33,386 nt of DNA from Candidatus Hadarchaeota archaeon. Lineage in GTDB: Archaea; CAYQAE01; CAYVLA01. The stretch's first letter is position 1. Each line of letters starts with the position of its first letter. Positions 20,110 through 28,074 of the stretch are shown here, one piece after another. Below the pieces are notes generated by a model that saw nothing but the letters and a program-made list of their open reading frames with translations, was not told where the DNA came from and made no database searches. The position numbers were made by a program, and so were the translations under genes. Location of the stretch: NCBI GenBank assembly GCA_964452145.1, contig CAYVLA010000026.1, forward strand, positions 1,491-34,876, read 5' to 3'.

Positions 20110-21306
20110 ATGGATTTGGACAGACTCACCCAACTGAGCGTCTCGTGGGCTGTGATGGCACTTTTGGTCATGCCCTTGTGTGGGGCCAAGAAGGATCGCG
20201 ATACTGGGCGGGTCCGAGTCCTCTACCTGGGCGACCCCATCGGGGCAAGCCCGTATCCATTCATGGTGGACGAGCCTCTGCTTGCGCCGACGCCGGTGAT
20301 GGCTTGCAAGATGTGGTACTCCTATGAGACCATACGCAGGAGCATGCGTGTCTACATGCCCCGAACGTACCAGGGCCTGAACAACACCTACGACATCGTG
20401 ATCCTGAGCGATTCCAATGTTTTGAGCTTTGAGACCAAGCATTTCCGCTGGTTCCGCGACCTAGTTTCCCAAGATGGCGGGGGATTGGCCATGGTCGGCG
20501 GATTCGAGTCCTTCGGAGGCCATGGATACCTGTCCTGGGGGATCACCGATGTCGCAGAGGTCCTGCCGGTCGAATGCCTCCCCGCATACGGCGCTGAGGG
20601 CGGGATCATCATACTGCAGCCGGAGTGCCCGGTGATAGCCAACCTTCCCTGGGAGACCCTGGGGCCGTCAAACCATTTCGGTGGAAACAAGGTCGGTCTA
20701 AAGGAGGGCGCCGAGCTCATCGCGAAGTTCACCGACTCCAACCCCCTTCTCGTTTGGTGGAGCTTCGAGAAGGGAAGATCTTACGCCATGGCCTCGGACT
20801 GGACTCCCGCCGGCGGATCCGCCTTCATGACCTGGGCATACTACGGGGACTATGCGGTCAACGTGGTGCTCTTCACCGCCAGCGAAGCCGTCCCCACGGA
20901 TGTAGAGAAGGTGCACCGGGTGCGCATGACCCTGCGTGAATACTCCGACACCAAGGCCTTCCTCTACTCCCTCATCGACTTTGCAGAGAAGTTCGGTGCC
21001 AACACCCGGGGCGCCGAGAGACTGCTAAGGGAGGCCGAGCAACAATCGGAGGAGTCGAGGGAATTCTACATGTCCTACGAGTTCGACCAGGCACTTGCCT
21101 CGGCGATGGCCGCCGTGGGGACCGTGCAGCGAGCCCTTGACGACGCCATCGCGGCCAAGGACCGGGCCATGCTGTGGGTGTTCCTAGTCGAGTGGATGGC
21201 TGTCATATCGACCTGCATGATTTCGGGGGTGGCCCTTTACGAGCTGATGATCGTGCGAAGGCTTTTCAAGCCAGTGGATGCGAGCATATTCACAAGGGAC
21301 AGCTGA
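20110..21306 (+). CDS. GATase-like surface protein with stalk and TM (paralog 5 of 5)
   Basis: YMPRTY, YDIVILSD, GGGLAMVGGFESFGG, VAEVLPV, GRS (DUF1355-like); KFGANT, KDRAMLWVFLVEW, MIVRRLFK. Confidence 0.85.
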   Translation: MDLDRLTQLSVSWAVMALLVMPLCGAKKDRDTGRVRVLYLGDPIGASPYPFMVDEPLLAPTPVMACKMWYSYETIRRSMRVYMPRTYQGLNNTYDIVILSDSNVLSFETKHFRWFRDLVSQDGGGLAMVGGFESFGGHGYLSWGITDVAEVLPVECLPAYGAEGGIIILQPECPVIANLPWETLGPSNHFGGNKVGLKEGAELIAKFTDSNPLLVWWSFEKGRSYAMASDWTPAGGSAFMTWAYYGDYAVNVVLFTASEAVPTDVEKVHRVRMTLREYSDTKAFLYSLIDFAEKFGANTRGAERLLREAEQQSEESREFYMSYEFDQALASAMAAVGTVQRALDDAIAAKDRAMLWVFLVEWMAVISTCMISGVALYELMIVRRLFKPVDASIFTRDS

Positions 21307-21426
21307 TGCTGGCTCCGGTTCGACGGTAGTCGGTCCTTGCACCGGAACAAAGAGCTCTCACACCGCGGGCCGAGACGTGAGCGGAAGCACCGAAGCCTAC
21401 TTAAGCGAACCAGCCAGAGCCAAGCC

Positions 21427-22857
21427 ATGGACAGCCGACCCCACATGCTTATCGTGATGACCGACCAGCAGCGCGCCGACTGTCTGTCCTGCGCCGGCCA
21501 TCCACAGCTCAGAACGCCAAACATGGACCGCATCGCCGAAGAAGGCGTGCGCTTCACACAGGCCGCAACCGTGAGCCCGCTCTGCATGCCGGCGCGGGCC
21601 TCGTTTGTCAACTCCCTCTATCCGCACAACCATGGCATGTGGGGCAACAACGGCTCCATGCCAAGCCGTGATGACACGTTCTTTCACCATCTGCAGAGGG
21701 CCGGATATCTCACGGCTTACATCGGCAAGTCCCACTACTACCCCCACGGCCGGGGACATCTTCGCGACCACGAGGAATACATGCATGCGAGGGGACTGGA
21801 GTACGTCCACGAGACCACCGGGCCCCTGGCCACGCAGACGACTCGCAGCTACATGACCGACCTTCTCAGCCAACACGGCCTATACGAGGCCTTCAAGGCT
21901 GACTATGCTGAGAGATCGATGCAACGAGCCGAGAATCCATTCCTGATAAGGCCAAGCCCCCTGCCCGTCGAGCTGTACCTGGACAGCTACGTTGGGCGGC
22001 AGGCGGCAAGCTTCATCGAGAGCTACACGGATGTCCGCCCGATGTGCCTCTTCGTCGGTTTTCCCGGCCCCCACGAACCATGGGACGCGCCGGGGGAGTA
22101 CGCAAGCATGTACGATCCTGCCAAGACGCCCCATCCCATACCCTGGCCGGAACACAACACAGCACTGCCGGATTCCGTGAGAGGGATGGACGACTTCCTG
22201 ATCATGAATGGCAGCACTCCCCAGAACATCGCAAAGGTTCGCGCCAACTATTACGGCAAGATCTCCCTCATCGATCGCTGGGTGGGCAGCATCCTGGATG
22301 CCTGCGAGGAGAGGAACATGCTGGACAGGATGATCGTGGTCTTCTGGTCGGATCATGGGGAGATGTTGGGCGACCACCGCCGGGTCTTCAAATCAACCTT
22401 CCACGAAAGCAGCATGCGAATCCCCCTGATGTTTCGGTGGCCCGACCATTTCCCGATGGGGGAGACGAGGGACGCTTTGGCCGAGACCATCGACGTCTAC
22501 CCCACCCTGCTTGGGGCGCTGGGGCTGAAGACCCCCGACCGTTGCCTTGGCCTCTCCCTGCTTCCGGTTCTGGAGGATGAGGAGACCCATCTGCGGAATG
22601 CCCAGCTCAGCGAGGTAGTTCATCGTGGAGAACGGCGCATCTGTCTCCGAAGCCGCACACACAAGTACGCGGTTCGACCGAGTGGGGAGGGATTCATGCT
22701 GTACGACCTGAAGAAGGACCCCTGGGAACAGCACAACATGATCGGTGACGGGGGCGGACTTGAGAAGACGCTGCGGGACGCGCTCCTGCGGACACTCGTC
22801 GCCGCCCAGTACTCCATGCGTGACTCTGCGACCGACCAGTTGCTCGGCGTCGGGTGA
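21427..22857 (+). CDS. Sulfatase (CxPxR), cytoplasmic
   Basis: RPHMLIVMTDQQR, CMPARAS, GKSH, PHEP, SDHGE, LYDLKKDPWE. Start refined to ATG 21427. Confidence 0.92.
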   Translation: MDSRPHMLIVMTDQQRADCLSCAGHPQLRTPNMDRIAEEGVRFTQAATVSPLCMPARASFVNSLYPHNHGMWGNNGSMPSRDDTFFHHLQRAGYLTAYIGKSHYYPHGRGHLRDHEEYMHARGLEYVHETTGPLATQTTRSYMTDLLSQHGLYEAFKADYAERSMQRAENPFLIRPSPLPVELYLDSYVGRQAASFIESYTDVRPMCLFVGFPGPHEPWDAPGEYASMYDPAKTPHPIPWPEHNTALPDSVRGMDDFLIMNGSTPQNIAKVRANYYGKISLIDRWVGSILDACEERNMLDRMIVVFWSDHGEMLGDHRRVFKSTFHESSMRIPLMFRWPDHFPMGETRDALAETIDVYPTLLGALGLKTPDRCLGLSLLPVLEDEETHLRNAQLSEVVHRGERRICLRSRTHKYAVRPSGEGFMLYDLKKDPWEQHNMIGDGGGLEKTLRDALLRTLVAAQYSMRDSATDQLLGVG

Positions 22858-22910
22858 CAGGAGATCGACAGACCCGCCATGGTCAGCGCCCCTTCGCGCC
22901 TTCCGGCATC

Positions 22911-22921
22911 GATATTATAAG
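22911..22921 (+). promoter_or_regulatory. Putative TATA box (leaderless transcript)
   Basis: GATATTATAAG; TTATAA lies 24-29 nt before ATG 22944. Confidence 0.5.
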
Positions 22922-22943
22922 TCACAGCCCGAGCGTGCGCCCA

Positions 22944-24743
22944 ATGCATCGAACGGTGATCTGTGCCTGCGCCGTGATCGCGCTTGCAGGCCCAGCCGCA
23001 TTCGCGGAGGACGCCATCCTCCCCTTCACGAGGGCGATGTACGGGCCATGGAATGCGTCCCAGCTGGCTTCGGCAGGGTTCGACGCAAGGTACAGACAGG
23101 CCGATTGGGAATGGGGAAGAGAATGGATCGCGGGGACCTTTGAAAGGGAAAGCGTTGAGGCGGCATCGAGCGGCTTGGTCTTCATCGCGGGGCAGTACTA
23201 TGATTCTGCGGATGTGGACTTCCACTATACGCGGGCGATGAACAGGTACGGCGAGGAGGAGCCTCGAACGACCTCGCCCACGGACGAGACATATTGGCTC
23301 AGACACATTGAAGAGGCAGCGGTGTTCATTGCGAATCTGTCGCTGCACTGCCCCATCTGGGGCATCGTCTGGGACATGGAGCCTTACAGGTCAACCTCTA
23401 GGTGGCCCACGGGATCGTACACGTACGATCAGGACTCGATGCTCAGATTCGCAAACGAAACCGGCAGGGTCTTCCCAGAACTGGATCCGGATCAACGCTA
23501 CCCCTACCTGGCCAGAATGGGCCTAGTCGAGGAGTACTGCAAGTGGCAGGGGGAGAAGGTCTTCGAGATGGCGCGCCGCACAGCTATTCGGGTCCACTCC
23601 ATCAACCCTGACCTCTCGCTCGGCACCCTTTGGCATCAGGACGACTGGCTAATATGGAGCGTCCTCAGCGGCTTCAACGATTCCTTCGCGCCCGTCACAT
23701 CATGGTACGAGGAGACCTACCCCGGCTATGATCGCGATCTGATGCGGAGCCAAAAGGAGAAGTGGTCCAGCCTCAGATTGCACGGGAGTCTGATCGCCGG
23801 GCTTTTCACCGTCTGGGTATCGCCTTTCGACATGATCGTCAACATGGAGGAGGCTTTGAGATGGGACGGCGTCGTCTGGGTGTACCAGTATGATCGCAAT
23901 CCATACAGGCTGGCCGACGAGGAAGCCTACAGGACGGCTTACAGGCTGCTGGATTCGCACATCCTCTTCGACCTTCGAAGCCCCAATCCGCTGCCCGCCT
24001 TCGACATCTATCCGGGGGGCGAGGCCCGGCCCTATCTGGGGCCCGGTTCGGTCTCGGTCCTTCTGCCGTATCACCTAAGATTCGTCCTCGACGCCGACGT
24101 TGAGCTGATCGTTGATTCCTCGGAGATCTGGTATGTGGGCAGGAACCTGACCCTCAGAAGGCTTGCCTCGACGAACATCGCCACGACCGACCTGCCTTGC
24201 CTCTTGATCGGCCTAACCGAGGATGACATCATCAGAACCGAGGTCTGGGCCCTTCTCAGAGAACTCAGGCACCTCACTTCGATCTATGCGGATCTGGGCT
24301 TGGGTGAGCTGGGGCCTACAAAGGCCTCCCTCATGGAGGCGGAGAACCTCTATGAAGCTGGAAGGCATGTGGAATCCAGATCCGTGCTGGTCTCCGCGAG
24401 ACAAGATGCCTACCGAGCGGTCCTGTCGACCGTTGTGCCTCTCTACGAGCAGGCGAAGACGTCCCCGAGGAACAGCACGATTCCACTCTCAGCTCTCAAC
24501 AGCATAGGGGCCGCCCAGGTTGGCTTCTCAACGGGCGACCTCGTCGAGGGCAGGAGCTATCTCTTCAAAGGATTCCAGGAGTGGAAGAAGGCCGTTTCGG
24601 ACCGTGCCGGGACATCCGCCTGTTCCTCGATTTCTTGGATACTGCTTCTCCTTCTTCTTCGTGGGACTTGTGACGGGATCCTAGGGGCGCCGGGGTCTCC
24701 GCGTCAGCGGGGTTGTTTACCTGAGGAATCAGTACTTCGCTGA
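22944..24743 (+). CDS. Secreted, membrane-anchored protein with probable glycoside-hydrolase-like TIM barrel and helical C-domain
   Basis: Signal MHRTVICACAVIALAGPAAFA; GIVWDMEPY, VHSINPDL; C-terminal hydrophobic ISWILLLLLLR. Confidence 0.65.
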   Translation: MHRTVICACAVIALAGPAAFAEDAILPFTRAMYGPWNASQLASAGFDARYRQADWEWGREWIAGTFERESVEAASSGLVFIAGQYYDSADVDFHYTRAMNRYGEEEPRTTSPTDETYWLRHIEEAAVFIANLSLHCPIWGIVWDMEPYRSTSRWPTGSYTYDQDSMLRFANETGRVFPELDPDQRYPYLARMGLVEEYCKWQGEKVFEMARRTAIRVHSINPDLSLGTLWHQDDWLIWSVLSGFNDSFAPVTSWYEETYPGYDRDLMRSQKEKWSSLRLHGSLIAGLFTVWVSPFDMIVNMEEALRWDGVVWVYQYDRNPYRLADEEAYRTAYRLLDSHILFDLRSPNPLPAFDIYPGGEARPYLGPGSVSVLLPYHLRFVLDADVELIVDSSEIWYVGRNLTLRRLASTNIATTDLPCLLIGLTEDDIIRTEVWALLRELRHLTSIYADLGLGELGPTKASLMEAENLYEAGRHVESRSVLVSARQDAYRAVLSTVVPLYEQAKTSPRNSTIPLSALNSIGAAQVGFSTGDLVEGRSYLFKGFQEWKKAVSDRAGTSACSSISWILLLLLLRGTCDGILGAPGSPRQRGCLPEESVLR

Positions 24744-25440
24744 CACACGCGACCTCTTCAAATACGATCTCGTGCTGGAGTTACTATCGATGCTGAAGGA
24801 TCTTCGGCGATTCGCCTTCATCACCATGCTCACTCCTGACGTGTCGAATCAAGGATGTGGTAGAACCAGTCTGTCGCGGGCAAAGGCTGGAACGAAGAGA
24901 CGGGAATTGGTGGAGTTCCTGGAGGCATGCCTCAGGGAGGGCAGGCGAGATGTGGGACTGATCCAAGGCTTCATGTCGCGAAGCCCCCTGCTGAGCGGGA
25001 TCGATCTCGTGATCTACGGGGAGGACCAGTATCTGACCCGTGAGGGAAGGGGAGAGTACTTTGAGAACATAGCCACCGACCTTCTGGATCGTTCCCTGAT
25101 CCTGGTCGATCCCGATGTCGGTCTGGAGGTCCCAAGCATGAGGCGAAGAGAGGAACAGTACGTCAGATACGATGAGATCCTGTCCATCTATCAGCGAATG
25201 ACTTCGTCGTCGGTCCTGATGATATTCCAGTTCATCCCCCGCGTCAAGAGGCTGCCCTACATCCGTTTCATCGCACGAGGCCTGAAATGCAGGATTACCG
25301 AAGACGTTCCTGTGGCATTCATCACGGACGGCCAGGTCGTGTTCTTCCTGTTGGCGGGCAGTTCAAGCCGAACAGGTATGGTGGCTGAGACGATCGGCCG
25401 ATATGCCCGCCGCTACGATCTGTGCTGGGGAAAGATCTGA
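24721..25440 (+). CDS. Conserved hypothetical protein (NQYFxD..DLFKY N-terminus, DPD motif; possibly methyltransferase-like fold)
   Basis: Frame of ORF 24772 extends to CTG 24721, giving LRNQYFADTRDLFKYDL, an N-terminus I recognise from an uncharacterised family; ILVDPDVGLE. Confidence 0.65.
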   Translation: MRNQYFADTRDLFKYDLVLELLSMLKDLRRFAFITMLTPDVSNQGCGRTSLSRAKAGTKRRELVEFLEACLREGRRDVGLIQGFMSRSPLLSGIDLVIYGEDQYLTREGRGEYFENIATDLLDRSLILVDPDVGLEVPSMRRREEQYVRYDEILSIYQRMTSSSVLMIFQFIPRVKRLPYIRFIARGLKCRITEDVPVAFITDGQVVFFLLAGSSSRTGMVAETIGRYARRYDLCWGKI

Positions 25441-25566
25441 GGTCCCCACGCGATCCGCCATGTTGCCATATCCGTCCCCGTCCGTGAACCGGTCAACGTC
25501 CAGGCTCGGGGCTCGGGCCCGGAAATGTATTTCTGACGAGACGCCGCAAAACTAGGAGGGAGGAAT

Positions 25567-25791
25567 ATGAGAGATGCGAAGGCCCTGCTGCTGATTGGTT
25601 CACTGACGGTGCTCTGCCTGATGTGCGTCGTGATGGTCTGCTTGATCTGCATGTCCGGGTTCGCGGAGTCGCCGATCATAGGGCTTTCCGAGCCCGTGAT
25701 CCTGGTGGTGCTGCTTGCCCTGATCGTCCGGACTTCGGGCAAGCTCAAGGTCGCGCTGCGTCGAGAAGCGGGCGGGGAAGAGGGTGTGTAA
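25567..25791 (+). CDS. Small two-helix membrane protein
   Basis: Strong SD (GGAGGGAGG); two hydrophobic helices, the first Cys-rich. Confidence 0.6.
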   Translation: MRDAKALLLIGSLTVLCLMCVVMVCLICMSGFAESPIIGLSEPVILVVLLALIVRTSGKLKVALRREAGGEEGV

Positions 25792-25941
25792 TCATCTCTG
25801 TCATGATCCATCCGGACCCGGACTATTCTGGCCGGCATCTTGGGAGTGGCCGCGAACCCGGACACGGGACGGGTACGCTTAGTCGCCGCAGCAGCGAATG
25901 CGAATGAAAAGGTATTTTTGCTGTTTCGAGAATGTGATCTC

Positions 25942-26760
25942 ATGTCCGAAGTCCTGATAGTCAAGCCGGGTCGCAACGATGTCGCAAAATGTATGGATTT
26001 CATGGAGGCTTCAGACCTCGTCGAGGGCAAACGCGTTCTCATCAAGCCCAACCTTACGGTGAACATGCCTGCAAAGACCGGGGTCACCACCCATCCCTAC
26101 CTCGTGGCCGCGGCCGCTGAGTATCTCATCGACTCCGGAGCTGACGAAGTCTTGATCGGCGAGAGTTCGGCAACCCGGGTCGGTCCATCTTTCAGAGAAC
26201 TCGGATTCTCCCAGATAGCGGAGGAGCTCGGCATAGGACTGCTCGACTTCTGGGAGGAAGAGGCAGTCTCAGTCGAGGTGCCCCAACCTCTGGCCATGAA
26301 GTCGTTCCGCATCGCGAAGGCTGTCCTCGAGGCCCAGGTGATCCTCAACATGCCCGTGCTCAAGATCCACCAGGGCGAGAGCAAGGTGACGCTCTGCGCC
26401 AAGAACATGATGGGCTGCATATGGGGGGACAAAAGCTTCATGCACACCGACTTCGACTCAAAGATCATAGATCTCCTGAAAGTGGTACGGCCCACCCTGA
26501 ACATCGTTGATGGCATAGTGGGGATGGAAGGTGATGAGATCAACGGCAAGGCCGTCGGGGCCAACCTTCTTGTAGCCGGGAAAGACTTCGTCGCCGCCGA
26601 CTCCGTCTGCAGCCGCATCATGGGATTCGTCCACGGAGAAGTGGGGCATATAGTGAAGGCTGAAAGCTACGGGATGGGCTGGGCCGATCCGGCCAAGATA
26701 ACGATCCGGGGCCTATCCCTCAACGATGTCGTGCGCAGATTTGAGAGATCCCCCAAGTAG
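25942..26760 (+). CDS. DUF362 domain protein
   Basis: VLIKPN, GVTTHP, NMPVLKIH, KNMMG, IVDGIVGMEG. Start refined to ATG 25942 (GTGA-tctc-ATG; TATA-like GAAAAGGTATTTTT upstream). Confidence 0.88.
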   Translation: MSEVLIVKPGRNDVAKCMDFMEASDLVEGKRVLIKPNLTVNMPAKTGVTTHPYLVAAAAEYLIDSGADEVLIGESSATRVGPSFRELGFSQIAEELGIGLLDFWEEEAVSVEVPQPLAMKSFRIAKAVLEAQVILNMPVLKIHQGESKVTLCAKNMMGCIWGDKSFMHTDFDSKIIDLLKVVRPTLNIVDGIVGMEGDEINGKAVGANLLVAGKDFVAADSVCSRIMGFVHGEVGHIVKAESYGMGWADPAKITIRGLSLNDVVRRFERSPK

Positions 26761-26894
26761 TCGCCGGGATGGGCAGGGAGCGAGAGCATGGAGATGACAG
26801 GTGGCGGAGGGGGACCGTCTGATCCGCCGTTCTCCTGCCGTCGCGCTGCGATGTGGCAAGTAACAGTAAAGAAGCGGTGTGTGACCGTGCTTCC

Positions 26895-28073
26895 ATGGGA
26901 GGCGTTGCACCAGTTCTGGCCAGCCTGGTGTCGTTCCTCCTCGTCTTACCCTCCGTCTCGGCATCGAATCAGATCCCTGCGCGCGATCTCCAGGCCGAGT
27001 TGGCCCGTTACGACCCATCCCAGCCGGATTCGCCCCAGCGTCAGGCAGCCCTGCTTCAGATCGACCAGCTCTTCCTCAACGACACGCTTGAGCCCCTAAG
27101 GACCATGGTAAGGGAAATGCTGGCAACCGCGCTGTCAGACATCGCCGGGTCCACTTTCTCGGCACCGACGATCTGGTACCTGTGGAACATGGGATACGTG
27201 CTCAAGACCCGCGGGGAGGTGATCGGGTTCGACATAGGGGAAGTCCAGCTTGTGCCCTTCAGGAACGAGCAGAAGAAGGTCCTAGCGGAGAGCCTTGATC
27301 TTCTATTCATCTCGCACATGGACGTGCCCCACGTGGACAGGGACCTGGTCGCCATGATGAAGGAGGACTCCTACGTGATCTGCCCGAACGAATCGGTGGA
27401 GTTCTTCGACTACATCGCGGACAGGAAGTGTACCATCATCGGGATGAAGGAAGGCGAGAGGCGCACCATTGGTTCGGTCATCGTGCAGGCCTTCAAGGGC
27501 GATGACAAGAGGGGTACCCCCATGAGATGCTTCCTCGTCTTCGCCGGTGGGATCAGGGTCCTTCAAACTGGCGACAACCACGTCTTCGCCGATTGGATGA
27601 GCCGGGGATCCGTCAGGAACCTGGACGTCCTGATGGTCGGATTGGAGAACGATCCATGGATCGAAGCGGCCATAGACGCACTGCGACCGGGAATTGTCAT
27701 GGCCGGGGGCCTCTACGACATGTCCCACCCCAAGGACACATGGATAGGGTTCCCCCACGTTCTGCGCATCAGATCGGAAGGCACCGCCGAGATGCTTCCA
27801 ATGTTTTTCGGTGAAAGATTCCAGGTCCGACGCTCGGGACGACTCTCCTTTCCGGTCTACCTGTTGATCGTGCCTCTCTTGGTCGCCGGTATGGGCATTG
27901 CCCTCGTTCTCAGGAGGCCCAAGCCGAAGGCCAAGAAGGCTGCACGGAAGAACGGCGGCGCATGTGAGAAGAGATACGTTGAGCGCCTATGCCTCACATG
28001 CAGGGACTACGTCCTGAAGGGAGGCCGTGCCTACTGCTCGAGGCACGACTTCTATCTGGACTCCGCTCCCTAA
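26895..28073 (+). CDS. Membrane-anchored metallo-beta-lactamase-fold protein (degenerate metal motif) with Cys4 tail
   Basis: Signal peptide; WYLWNMGYVLKT, LFISHMDVPH, QTGDN; TM then C-x8-C-x2-C-x11-C. Confidence 0.75.
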   Translation: MGGVAPVLASLVSFLLVLPSVSASNQIPARDLQAELARYDPSQPDSPQRQAALLQIDQLFLNDTLEPLRTMVREMLATALSDIAGSTFSAPTIWYLWNMGYVLKTRGEVIGFDIGEVQLVPFRNEQKKVLAESLDLLFISHMDVPHVDRDLVAMMKEDSYVICPNESVEFFDYIADRKCTIIGMKEGERRTIGSVIVQAFKGDDKRGTPMRCFLVFAGGIRVLQTGDNHVFADWMSRGSVRNLDVLMVGLENDPWIEAAIDALRPGIVMAGGLYDMSHPKDTWIGFPHVLRIRSEGTAEMLPMFFGERFQVRRSGRLSFPVYLLIVPLLVAGMGIALVLRRPKPKAKKAARKNGGACEKRYVERLCLTCRDYVLKGGRAYCSRHDFYLDSAP

Positions 28074-28074
28074 G

